Below are positions 1 through 9,501 of a DNA stretch of 62,583 nt, piece after piece (the stretch's first letter is position 1; every line of letters starts with the position of its first letter). The stretch spans positions 1-62,583 of the forward strand of contig PHDM01000003.1 in assembly GCA_002840985.1 (NCBI GenBank), read 5' to 3'. The notes below the pieces were generated by a model, which made no database searches, was not told the DNA's origin, and saw nothing but the letters and a program-made list of their open reading frames with translations. Origin of the DNA: Bacteroidetes bacterium HGW-Bacteroidetes-17 (GTDB taxonomy: Bacteria; Bacteroidota; Bacteroidia; Bacteroidales; GCA-2711565). A program made the position numbers and the translations under genes.

Positions 1-1194
1 TGGAATACGGATCATCATGATGATAGGAGAGGTGAGCGGAATAATGGATAACCAAAATGCAACCGGTCCTTCCGGATCACGAATGATGAATTGAGCCATA
101 ATCATGGCGAAGATAAGCGGAATGGTAATCGGCAGCATAAACTGTTGAGTATCCGCCTCACTATCAACAGCAGAACCTACGGCAGCAAATAGGGCAGCAT
201 ACAAAAGGTACCCTGTAAGGAAGAAGAAAATAAACGCGAAGATAATGATCCCAAAATTGATGGATGAAATAGCTTCAAAAACTGCAGTTAAATCATTTTC
301 ATCACTTGATACCTCAGCTAGTGCATTGCCCTGTCCCATTTGAGTATTATTCATGACCATGGCACTCTGGTTGGGCATTTTATCTTTAAAAGCAATTTGA
401 AAAACGCCAACAATGCTTGCTGTCAGAACGATCCAAAGTGTAAGCTGGGTTAATCCAACCAAACCAATCCCGACTATTTTGCCCATCATTAATTGAAAGG
501 GTTTGACTGATGAGATAATCACTTCAATGATCCGACTTGTTTTTTCTTCAATTACACCACGCATAACCTGAGCACCGAAAAAGAAAATGAAAAAATAGAT
601 CAGGATTCCTGTAAAAATTCCGATCACCATGGCAATTTCGGTATAGGTTTTTTGTTCGGCCTCACCTTCTGAGAGTTTATAAGTGGTAAGGTTTATCGAT
701 GTTTTAATAGAAATTGGAATATCCATGGCGATTTCGCGATCGGCCTCATCAAGTTTTAATTTATTGATTTGAAGCAATAATTTCTGTTCTTCAATTTCCT
801 TGCCCATTATTCGACGGATATAGCTTTTGGTATCGAGGTTAGGTTGTTTTTCGGAATAAATGATGGCTGACGTCGGAAGGGCAACTTCTGTTTTCGGGAT
901 GTACAGTAAGGCATAATCCCCATTGGTTTTCAGATTCTCTTTAGCCGTATTCAAATCTGAATGCACATGATAAAACTGAAGATGCTCATCATTCTGAAGT
1001 TTATTATAAAAAATTCCAGTTTCGTCCAATACCGCAATTTTTCGGTCACTGGTATCCGACATGGTCGCTAAAAATGCAGGTACAATCATCATTGCAGCCA
1101 TGAGTAAAGGACCTAAAATGGTCATGACGATGAAAGATTTTTTTCTAACCCGGGTCAGATATTCTCTTTGTATAATGAGTTTAATTTTATTCAT
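1..1194 (-). CDS. ABC transporter permease (NatB/ABC-2 type), 3' end runs off the window
   Basis: Not in the ORF track. ATG at 1194; reads MNKIKLIIQREYLTRVRKKSFIVMTILGP, later QVMRGVIEEKTSRIIEVIISSVKPFQLMMGKI; several hydrophobic segments; 4 nt downstream of the ABC ATPase. Confidence 0.9.
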   Translation of the reverse strand, partial: MNKIKLIIQREYLTRVRKKSFIVMTILGPLLMAAMMIVPAFLATMSDTSDRKIAVLDETGIFYNKLQNDEHLQFYHVHSDLNTAKENLKTNGDYALLYIPKTEVALPTSAIIYSEKQPNLDTKSYIRRIMGKEIEEQKLLLQINKLKLDEADREIAMDIPISIKTSINLTTYKLSEGEAEQKTYTEIAMVIGIFTGILIYFFIFFFGAQVMRGVIEEKTSRIIEVIISSVKPFQLMMGKIVGIGLVGLTQLTLWIVLTASIVGVFQIAFKDKMPNQSAMVMNNTQMGQGNALAEVSSDENDLTAVFEAISSINFGIIIFAFIFFFLTGYLLYAALFAAVGSAVDSEADTQQFMLPITIPLIFAMIMAQFIIRDPEGPVAFWLSIIPLTSPIIMMIRIP

Positions 1195-1198
1195 AGCC

Positions 1199-2128
1199 TT
1201 AATTTAATTTTGATGCATTTGATTCGGCTACCCTGCTGATGAAAATATCGTTCATACTTGGGATCACTTCATTAAATGAATGGATTTTTAAGTGTGGAAT
1301 AAGGATTCCTAATAATTGATTGGCATCACCATTATTCAGTTTGATGGTAGCTTGAGATCTCCCATCTTCTAAATTGGTTTGGCTCACTTCAAACTGATTG
1401 TTTGTGATTGATTTAATGGAGCCATTGTAACCACTGTATTCTAAGGTAAAAGTATTCGATTTGTAATGAGTTTTGATTTCACTCACCTTGCCTTCCAATA
1501 TTTTTTCAGATTGATTGATCAGGGCAATATGGTCGCATAATTCTTCAACCGAAGCCATGTTGTGAGTTGAAAAAATAATGGTAGCACCATCCTTTTTAAG
1601 TTTTAAAATTTCCTCTTTAAGCAGGTTTACATTGATGGGGTCAAAACCACTGAATGGTTCGTCAAAAATGAGTAATTCAGGTTCATGCAAAATGGTAACA
1701 ATAAATTGGACTTTTTGCTGCATCCCTTTCGAAAGTTCTTCTACTTTGCGGTTCCACCAGGTTCCAATATCAAACTTTTCAAACCAATATTTTAGCTTTT
1801 TGATGGCATCGTTACGGCTTAACCCTTTCAATTGAGCGAGGTAGATGGCCTGTTCTCCTACCTTCATTTTTTTATATAAACCTCTTTCTTCGGGTAAATA
1901 ACCAATTTTGTAAATGTGTTTTGGTTGAAGTTTTTCTGAATTAAAGAGAAGTTCACCTTCGTCGGGTGCTGTGATCTGGTTCATGATACGGATAAGGGTG
2001 GTTTTCCCTGCTCCGTTTGGCCCCAAAAGCCCGAAAATACTTTGTTTCGGCACCTCAATACTCACCGATTTTAAAGCCGTATGGTTCGAAAACCGTTTTG
2101 TAATATTATTTGCGTTAAATAAGCTCAT
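1199..2128 (-). CDS. ABC transporter ATP-binding protein
   Basis: Walker A GPNGAGKT, signature LSKGMQQK, Walker B LLIFDEP, H-loop STH. Confidence 0.95.
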   Translation of the reverse strand: MSLFNANNITKRFSNHTALKSVSIEVPKQSIFGLLGPNGAGKTTLIRIMNQITAPDEGELLFNSEKLQPKHIYKIGYLPEERGLYKKMKVGEQAIYLAQLKGLSRNDAIKKLKYWFEKFDIGTWWNRKVEELSKGMQQKVQFIVTILHEPELLIFDEPFSGFDPINVNLLKEEILKLKKDGATIIFSTHNMASVEELCDHIALINQSEKILEGKVSEIKTHYKSNTFTLEYSGYNGSIKSITNNQFEVSQTNLEDGRSQATIKLNNGDANQLLGILIPHLKIHSFNEVIPSMNDIFISRVAESNASKLN

Positions 2129-2378
2129 TTGCCTTTATGTAGTTGTTTTTTGTTTTAGAGAAATAAAATTATGCATTTTGTATTTCCTTTTTCAAGATCT
2201 AAAAAAATGATTTTTGACATTGAATTTATATGCATGGGTTGAATGATTGCGATGGTAAAAATACTAATTTATGTTGATTTTTGGTTTATCAAAACACAAA
2301 GATGATTTAAAAGAATTATATTTAATCTATCAATTATAAAGATTGTTATGAACCAATTGAATTTATAAAAAATCAACT

Positions 2379-3116
2379 ATGAAGCGAACTTTTGAATTCA
2401 TCAGTTTATTGATCTTATCATCCTGCATTGCACCTAAATCAGGATTAATAGAAGAACCGAAACACGATGGTAGAGATTATATTAAGCATTTCGCATATTC
2501 ATTGTTGTACAATGAAACGAATGAACAGGCTGATTGGGTTTCCTATCAGCTACTGGCATCGGAATTAGCACCAAATTTTGAACGAACTGATAAATTTTTG
2601 GTTGATACAATGGTACTGACTGGTAGTGCTGATAATTCGGATTATAAAAATTCGGGCTATGATAAGGGGCATTTGGCACCTGCCGCAGATATGGCCTGGA
2701 ATGAGCAAGCCATGAAAGAAAGTTTTTATTTCAGCAATATTTCGCCTCAGTTACCCGGGTTTAATCGAGGTATATGGAAAAAGCTAGAGGAAAAAGTGCG
2801 TGATTGGGCAAAAATATACGAAGTTATTTATGTCACTACCGGGCCTATTTGCGATCAGTCAACAAAAACAATTGGCGACAATGCCGTGATGATCCCGACT
2901 CATTTTTACAAAACTATTTTAATCTACAACGATTCAATAAAACAAAGTATCGGATTTGTTTTTCCCAATGAAAAATGCGAGGGTGAAATATTTGATTATG
3001 CTGCAGCAGTAGATAGTCTCGAGCTGATTACGGGAAAGGATTTTTATTTTGCTTTACCCGATCGGCATGAAAAAATGATCGAAAAAGAAGTAGATTTAAG
3101 TTTTTGGATAAAGTAG
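2379..3116 (+). CDS. DNA/RNA non-specific endonuclease (NucA/EndoG-like), predicted lipoprotein
   Basis: YDKGHLAPAAD active-site motif, ESFYFSNISPQ, FNRGIW; lipobox-like LSSC. Confidence 0.9.
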   Translation: MKRTFEFISLLILSSCIAPKSGLIEEPKHDGRDYIKHFAYSLLYNETNEQADWVSYQLLASELAPNFERTDKFLVDTMVLTGSADNSDYKNSGYDKGHLAPAADMAWNEQAMKESFYFSNISPQLPGFNRGIWKKLEEKVRDWAKIYEVIYVTTGPICDQSTKTIGDNAVMIPTHFYKTILIYNDSIKQSIGFVFPNEKCEGEIFDYAAAVDSLELITGKDFYFALPDRHEKMIEKEVDLSFWIK

Positions 3117-3233
3117 CAGGCATTTGTGATTTACATTTTAAACTTCCTGATTTCTTAAATTATTTATAAGGTGCTGTTTAGGATTTTATAATAAATCATA
3201 GTAAATTTCATACTTCAAAAAAAATCTAAAAAC

Positions 3234-5660
3234 ATGAAAAATAGCATATTTGTTCTTTTAACTCTGTTAATATTAAGTGCATGTAGTTCATTCAATAAAG
3301 CAAATAAGGATTATCCAGTACAACCAGTATCTTTTACGGATGTTAAACTGACGGATCATTTTTGGCTCCCCCGTATTGAAACCAATCGGAAAGTGACCAT
3401 CCCCTATGATTTTCAAAAATGTGAAGAAACAGACCGGATCAATAACTTTGCTGTTGCAGGCCGAATTAAGGAGGGTTCATTCAAAGGAATCAGATACAAC
3501 GATTCGGATGTCTATAAAGTGATGGAAGCGGCCGCATATTCTTTAAGCACCTATCCCGATCCGGTACTTGAAAAATACATGGATAGTGTTATTGCCTTGG
3601 TTGCCGCTGCTCAAGAAGAGGATGGATATTTGTATACTGCCAGAACGATCAATCCGGATACGCTTATAAGCAATGCAGGTGAATCACGCTGGTCGATGTT
3701 GAAACAAAGTCATGAGCTCTATAATATCGGGCATATGTACGAAGCGGCGGTAGCTTATTATGAAGCAACAGGTAAAAGAACCTTTTTGGATGTGGCTTTG
3801 AAAAGTGCAGATTTGGTGTGCTCGGTTTTTGGACCGGCTAAAAATCAATTGCATGATGTTCCGGGACATCAGGAAATAGAGATTGGACTTGTAAAACTTT
3901 ACCGAACAACAGGAGATGAAAAGTATTTAAAGATGGCCAAGTATTTTCTGGATCAAAGAGGAGATACAATCACCCGTACTCCTTATACCTACGATTACGG
4001 TGGTAGCAGTCCGATTTATACCCAGGATCATCAGCCGGTAACCAGGCAATGTGAGGCAGTCGGGCATGCAGTCAGAGCTGCCTATATGTACACCGGTATG
4101 GCAGATATTGCTGCATTAACGGGAGATACAGATTACCTGAAAGCAATTGATACCCTTTGGGATAATGTAGTTTATCGAAAAACCTATATTACAGGTGGAA
4201 TAGGTGCAATGCATGATGGTGAAGCTTTCGGGCCGGATTATTATTTGCCGAATCTGACGGCTTACAATGAAACATGTGCAGCCATTGCCAACATGCTCTG
4301 GAATCAGCGGATGTTTCTGCTTTCTGGAGAATCGAAATACATTGATGTATTGGAACGGACACTTTATAATGGATTTCTTTCGGGAGTCAGTTTTCAGGGC
4401 GATAAATTCTTTTATCCAAATCCATTGGAATCTGATGGGAGTCATGAACGCGCTCCATGGTTCGATTGTTCATGTTGTCCTACCAATGTAGCACGTTTTC
4501 TTCCGTCACTTCCTGCCTATATATATGCTCATCAGGGTAAAAAGCTCTTTGTAAACTTATTTATTGGCAATACTGCTGAAATAGAAATACAGGATGTAAA
4601 AATCAAAATTGAACAAAAAACAGATTATCCCTGGGACGGCAAAGTTGATTTAACGATTAATCCGGAATCACCTTCTAAATTTATAGTTGCGCTTAGGTTA
4701 CCATTATGGGCACGAAACCAACCAATGCCAGGTGATCTTTATTCTTTTAGAGAAAAAACAGTGGAAGAAATTAAAATATTGGTAAATGGAGAACCTTATC
4801 AATTTTCGATTGAATCGGGATATGCCTTGATTGATAAGGATTGGAAAACCGGAGATCATATCCGGTTGAATATTCCGATGCCGGTGCAAAAAATATTGGC
4901 AAACGAAAAGGTAGCTGAAGATAAAGAAAAGATGGCTTTCAGCCGGGGACCCATAGTTTATTGTGCCGAAGGCATTGACAATGGGGAAAGGGCAAGAAAC
5001 CTGATGATTGATCCTGATTTAAAATTTACATCGGTTCATCAAACTGAATTATTAAACGGAATCACTACCCTTGAATCAAAAGCTTACCAGGTTTCATTTG
5101 ATAAAAATAGGGAGTTTAAAAAAACAGAACAAAATTTGATGCTCATTCCTTATTATGCCTGGGCCCATCGCGGGAATGGCGAAATGGCCGTTTGGCTTCC
5201 TTTTACCGAATCGGCTTCAAATCCCACTTTACCTCCAACCAAAGCTTCGGATAGTCATGTTACGGCTTCTTATATTTATGACCAACTATCAGCGGTAAAT
5301 GATCAAATTAATCCGAAAAATTCGAATGATCAGGAAATTCCCCGGCTGACTTTTTGGAGTCACAAAGGGACCCATGAATGGGTGCAATATGATTTTAAAA
5401 ATGAGACCGTAGTTTCGTTCATTCATATTTATTGGTTTGATGATGGGCCAAGCGGAGGTTGTAGAATCCCCGAAAGCTGGAAAGCTTTTTATTTGGAGGA
5501 CAACCAATGGGTAGAAGTGAAAAAGAATGGTGCGTATCCTGCTGTAAAAGATGCCCTGAATTCAATCGAAATTTTTCCGATAAAAACGAAAGCTTTGCGC
5601 CTTGAAGTTCAACTGCAAAATAATTTCTCCGGTGGAATTCTGGAATGGAAAATTGAATAA
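3234..5660 (+). CDS. GH127 beta-L-arabinofuranosidase-family glycosidase (DUF1680), lipoprotein, with C-terminal beta-sandwich domain
   Basis: SDVYK, HELYN, GHQEIE, GHAVRA, GEAF, NETCAA and CSCCP motifs (Zn/Cys-nucleophile site of GH127); lipobox LSAC. Confidence 0.9.
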   Translation: MKNSIFVLLTLLILSACSSFNKANKDYPVQPVSFTDVKLTDHFWLPRIETNRKVTIPYDFQKCEETDRINNFAVAGRIKEGSFKGIRYNDSDVYKVMEAAAYSLSTYPDPVLEKYMDSVIALVAAAQEEDGYLYTARTINPDTLISNAGESRWSMLKQSHELYNIGHMYEAAVAYYEATGKRTFLDVALKSADLVCSVFGPAKNQLHDVPGHQEIEIGLVKLYRTTGDEKYLKMAKYFLDQRGDTITRTPYTYDYGGSSPIYTQDHQPVTRQCEAVGHAVRAAYMYTGMADIAALTGDTDYLKAIDTLWDNVVYRKTYITGGIGAMHDGEAFGPDYYLPNLTAYNETCAAIANMLWNQRMFLLSGESKYIDVLERTLYNGFLSGVSFQGDKFFYPNPLESDGSHERAPWFDCSCCPTNVARFLPSLPAYIYAHQGKKLFVNLFIGNTAEIEIQDVKIKIEQKTDYPWDGKVDLTINPESPSKFIVALRLPLWARNQPMPGDLYSFREKTVEEIKILVNGEPYQFSIESGYALIDKDWKTGDHIRLNIPMPVQKILANEKVAEDKEKMAFSRGPIVYCAEGIDNGERARNLMIDPDLKFTSVHQTELLNGITTLESKAYQVSFDKNREFKKTEQNLMLIPYYAWAHRGNGEMAVWLPFTESASNPTLPPTKASDSHVTASYIYDQLSAVNDQINPKNSNDQEIPRLTFWSHKGTHEWVQYDFKNETVVSFIHIYWFDDGPSGGCRIPESWKAFYLEDNQWVEVKKNGAYPAVKDALNSIEIFPIKTKALRLEVQLQNNFSGGILEWKIE

Positions 5661-5671
5661 TATTTGATCAG

Positions 5672-6775
5672 ATGAAACAAAATTTAATTTTAGTGGCCCT
5701 GTTTTTAATAAGCATGGCAGCCTGCACTTCTAAAAGTCAGAAACAGAATATGAATCAAACAAATGAAAAATTCCAGGTGGTGGAATTGAACAATACTGCC
5801 GGAATGAAAGTAAAAATTAGCAACTTTGGCGGCAGCATCATGTCAATACTGGCACCCGATAAAGAAGGAAATTTTGGGGAAGTAGTTCTGGGATTTGATA
5901 CTCCTGAAGAATATTTGAATGGCAACCCTTATTTCGGTGCATTGATCGGAAGATATGGAAACAGGATTGCCAATGGTAAATTTGAGTTAAACGGGAAAGT
6001 TTATGAGCTAGCCCGTAATAATGGCGAAAATCATTTGCATGGAGGTAATATCGGTTATAATAATGTGTTTTGGGACATCCCCGAATATTCTGAAAATGCG
6101 GTTAAACTGCATTATTTAAGTAAGGATGGCGAAGAAGGATATCCCGGAAATCTGGATATTCAGGTAACCTATACTTTAACGGAAAATAATGAAATCGAAA
6201 TCGATTATCTGGCTGAAACTGATCAACCCACTGTTCTGAATCTTACACATCATTCGTTTTTCAATTTAAAAGATGGTGGTAAAAGTACCATTCTTGATCA
6301 TGAACTCATGATCAATGCCTATGCTTATACTCCCGTAGATGTTGGTCTAATCCCGACAGGAGAGATTATGAATGTTGAAAATACACCCATGGATTTCCAT
6401 ACACAAATCCCGATCGGACAAAGAATAGCGGAAGATTATGAACAACTGAAAATGGGAAAAGGATACGATCATAATTGGGTGCTGAACAAAAATGCAAATG
6501 AATTGACCTTAGCAGCCAGGGTATATGAGCCAAGCTCTGGAAGAACAATGGAAGTATATACGACCGAACCGGCTTTGCAATTTTATTCCGGTAATTTTCT
6601 GGATGGAACCGACAAAGGACATAATGGAATTTTATATCCTTTCAGATCAGCTTTCTGTCTGGAAACACAACATTATCCCGATTCACCAAATCATGCAGAT
6701 TTTCCTTCAACAGTTTTAAATCCGGGAGAAAAATACACACAAAAAACCATTTATAAATTTGGGGTAAATCCATAA
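5672..6775 (+). CDS. galM: Aldose 1-epimerase (galactose mutarotase), lipoprotein signal
   Basis: GRYGNRIA, NHLHGG, EEGYPG, NLTHHSFFNL, GYDHN, CLETQHYPDSPN. Confidence 0.93.
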   Translation: MKQNLILVALFLISMAACTSKSQKQNMNQTNEKFQVVELNNTAGMKVKISNFGGSIMSILAPDKEGNFGEVVLGFDTPEEYLNGNPYFGALIGRYGNRIANGKFELNGKVYELARNNGENHLHGGNIGYNNVFWDIPEYSENAVKLHYLSKDGEEGYPGNLDIQVTYTLTENNEIEIDYLAETDQPTVLNLTHHSFFNLKDGGKSTILDHELMINAYAYTPVDVGLIPTGEIMNVENTPMDFHTQIPIGQRIAEDYEQLKMGKGYDHNWVLNKNANELTLAARVYEPSSGRTMEVYTTEPALQFYSGNFLDGTDKGHNGILYPFRSAFCLETQHYPDSPNHADFPSTVLNPGEKYTQKTIYKFGVNP

Positions 6776-6780
6776 ATGCA

Positions 6781-9498
6781 ATGAGGAAATTAATATTTTT
6801 CTGTAGCTTCTTTTTATTATTTAATCCTTTTGTTCAGTCACAGGATTTTAATGTCTGGTTATATAACGGAGAAGTTTTAGTTTCTCAGGATAAGGTGTCT
6901 AAAATGCTTCCATTATTTAGTGCCGAAATAAATGGACAGCTTGTTTTTTCATCGGCCAATGGATATAATAGCAATATTCGGAATTTACCAGAGTATAAAT
7001 ATGGAATGAACCCTCACCCCAAAGGCGGTTATATTTTTAAAATTCATTTTACGAATACAAGCCAGGATACCCTTGATATTGCTAATATTATTCCTTTTGG
7101 AGAGAATAAAGATCGGATTTATATCACGGCAAAAGGACCTAAGGCTCTAGCAAGGGCAAAATTATTTCGGCCATATTGTGGTCCAATTGATGTTACACTT
7201 CCTGATAATGCATGGGAATTAGGCTATTCCTCATTTCCACTTTCAGGAGAGGTTTCTATTTGTGCTCTTTCCAGACGAACAGAAATTGAGGGAGGAAATA
7301 AATCAAGATATAGTAGCAAACTGTTTCCGGGTGGGGTTTTAAATTATGAAATTTATATCGATCAATTTGAAGGAGATTGGCAAAATGGCTTGAAAAAAAT
7401 GTTTCAGGAACGTTGGCTTTATGATCTGGAAGAATTTGACCTGAGTTTGTACAATCGAACTGATTTAAAGTGGATTCGTTCGGCTTATTTGATCACCCTT
7501 CAGTTTGCGTGGGATCATCAGTTTTATGACTATCTGACAAAAAATTTTAATATTGAGAAATTTTTGGAGAAGCCTGAATACTTTGGCTTTTATGATGTTT
7601 ACGGTATTTGGCCAACCTGGCCAAGACTGGGGGTGGACGAGCGAAACCAATGGGATCACTTTCGGGATTTGCCTGGCGGATTGAATAAATTAAGAGAAGT
7701 ATCAAAGTTTAAAGATAAATTTAAGACCCGCTTTTTTATAGCCTATAATCCCTGGGATGAAAGTACCAGGGCCGAAGATCCTTACGTAGGAATGGCAAGT
7801 ATCATCAAAGATGTTGATGCAGATGGTGTGGTTTTGGATTGTCAGGGGAACAGTAGTTATAAACTTCAGGCTGCTGCTGATGGGGTAAAAAATGGGGTGA
7901 TCATGTACAGTGAAGGCATGGCAATTCCGAAAGATATGCCGGGGATTGTGAGCGGAAGGGTTCATGATGCTATTTTTTATCAGCCCCCGCTTAACCTGAA
8001 TAAACTGATCAAACCGGATTTCGCCATTTTCAGGGTATGCCAGCTATCGCAAGGGCGAATACATCGTGAAACGGCGGTTTCATTTTTTAATGGTTACGGC
8101 ACCGAGATCAATACTTTTGCACCCGGCCGGCCTGAATGGATGGATGAAGAATATAAATATTTGGGTAGGACTACAAAGATATTGAGAGAGAACACAGATG
8201 TTTTCACTTCGTATAATTATACCCCACTTATTACATCTTTAAAAGACAGTATTTGGGTGAACGAATGGAAAACGGATCAAAAAAGCCTTTATACCATTTT
8301 AAGTTTTAATTATCGTGGTCACGACGGGCCATTGTTTGAAATTAAACCGGAAGATAATATTCATTATGTGGATCTTTGGAACCATCGGGAAATTGAACCT
8401 GTTCAAGTTGATGCTAAAGTCATGATTCCAGCAGAAATTCAACCTTATCTGGCTAAACTCACCGGAACCCGCTCAGAAGGAGAAGTAGCTTGTATTGCCG
8501 GATTTCAGAAAGACATTGACCTGACTTATCATGCGGATATTTTGGATTTAAAAGCAAAAACCGGAGATCATTATAAAATCTGGAAAAATAATCCGGAATA
8601 TGAAAACGAAGCAGTAATAATCGATCAATTGAACGATACCTTGGAATTGTCCAAAATCATCGGGCGATACGAAGGCAAAATTGTAATTCAGCTTTTTAAG
8701 GAGAATTTACTACTTGATGAAAGAATTATTGAGAGGAAAATAGGGAAAGCGGTATTGATATCAGCCTTAGAGCAAACAGAATTTAGTAAAAAGCTTGCAG
8801 ATAAAATGAAATACATCCCTGCCGGAAAATTTGCCTTTTATGCTTCAAACGATGATCAGTTTATTCCATATCCTGAAAATGCTGACTCCACAATGATTGA
8901 GATCGGTTCGTTTTATATGGATACCTATCCTGTTACCAACAAAGAATATCATGAATTCATAAAAGGGAGCAATTATACTCCTGAAGATGCCACGGATTAT
9001 TTGAAACACTGGATTGGTAATAAGTATAAGGATGAAGATGCAGATAAACCAGTTGTTTATATCAGTTTTGAAGATGCAAAAGCTTATGCGAAATGGATTG
9101 GAAAGCGTCTCCCGACAGAGGCTGAATGGCAATATGCCGCACAGGGTAAGAGCGGCAATATGTGGCCCTGGGGCCCAGAATTTGATTCCACCTTATGCAA
9201 TAATAATTTAGGATATCTGACCAACGTTAATAATTTCCCTAAAGGTAAATCTCATTTTAATATTGAGGATATGGTTGGCAATGTCTGGCAAATGACTTCC
9301 GATTTGTATGATAATGGAAGTTATTATTTTGTCATAATTCGAGGGGGCAGTTATTACAACCCTACATCAAGCTGGTGGTATGTGAAGGGTGGGCCGCAGC
9401 GATTGGATAAGAGGCAAATGTTGTTGCTTGTCGGATCGGGATTAAATCGAAATGCAACGGTTGGTTTTAGGTGCGTAATGGATGTTTCAAAAAAATAA
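6781..9498 (+). CDS. Large secreted protein with C-terminal FGE-sulfatase (SUMF1/EgtB/PvdO-like) domain and uncharacterised N-terminal region
   Basis: Signal peptide; C-terminal YPVTN, KPVVYISFEDA, RLPTEAEWQYAA, DMVGNVWQ, RGGSY, VGFRC. Confidence 0.8.
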   Translation: MRKLIFFCSFFLLFNPFVQSQDFNVWLYNGEVLVSQDKVSKMLPLFSAEINGQLVFSSANGYNSNIRNLPEYKYGMNPHPKGGYIFKIHFTNTSQDTLDIANIIPFGENKDRIYITAKGPKALARAKLFRPYCGPIDVTLPDNAWELGYSSFPLSGEVSICALSRRTEIEGGNKSRYSSKLFPGGVLNYEIYIDQFEGDWQNGLKKMFQERWLYDLEEFDLSLYNRTDLKWIRSAYLITLQFAWDHQFYDYLTKNFNIEKFLEKPEYFGFYDVYGIWPTWPRLGVDERNQWDHFRDLPGGLNKLREVSKFKDKFKTRFFIAYNPWDESTRAEDPYVGMASIIKDVDADGVVLDCQGNSSYKLQAAADGVKNGVIMYSEGMAIPKDMPGIVSGRVHDAIFYQPPLNLNKLIKPDFAIFRVCQLSQGRIHRETAVSFFNGYGTEINTFAPGRPEWMDEEYKYLGRTTKILRENTDVFTSYNYTPLITSLKDSIWVNEWKTDQKSLYTILSFNYRGHDGPLFEIKPEDNIHYVDLWNHREIEPVQVDAKVMIPAEIQPYLAKLTGTRSEGEVACIAGFQKDIDLTYHADILDLKAKTGDHYKIWKNNPEYENEAVIIDQLNDTLELSKIIGRYEGKIVIQLFKENLLLDERIIERKIGKAVLISALEQTEFSKKLADKMKYIPAGKFAFYASNDDQFIPYPENADSTMIEIGSFYMDTYPVTNKEYHEFIKGSNYTPEDATDYLKHWIGNKYKDEDADKPVVYISFEDAKAYAKWIGKRLPTEAEWQYAAQGKSGNMWPWGPEFDSTLCNNNLGYLTNVNNFPKGKSHFNIEDMVGNVWQMTSDLYDNGSYYFVIIRGGSYYNPTSSWWYVKGGPQRLDKRQMLLLVGSGLNRNATVGFRCVMDVSKK

Positions 9499-9501
9499 AC
9501 A

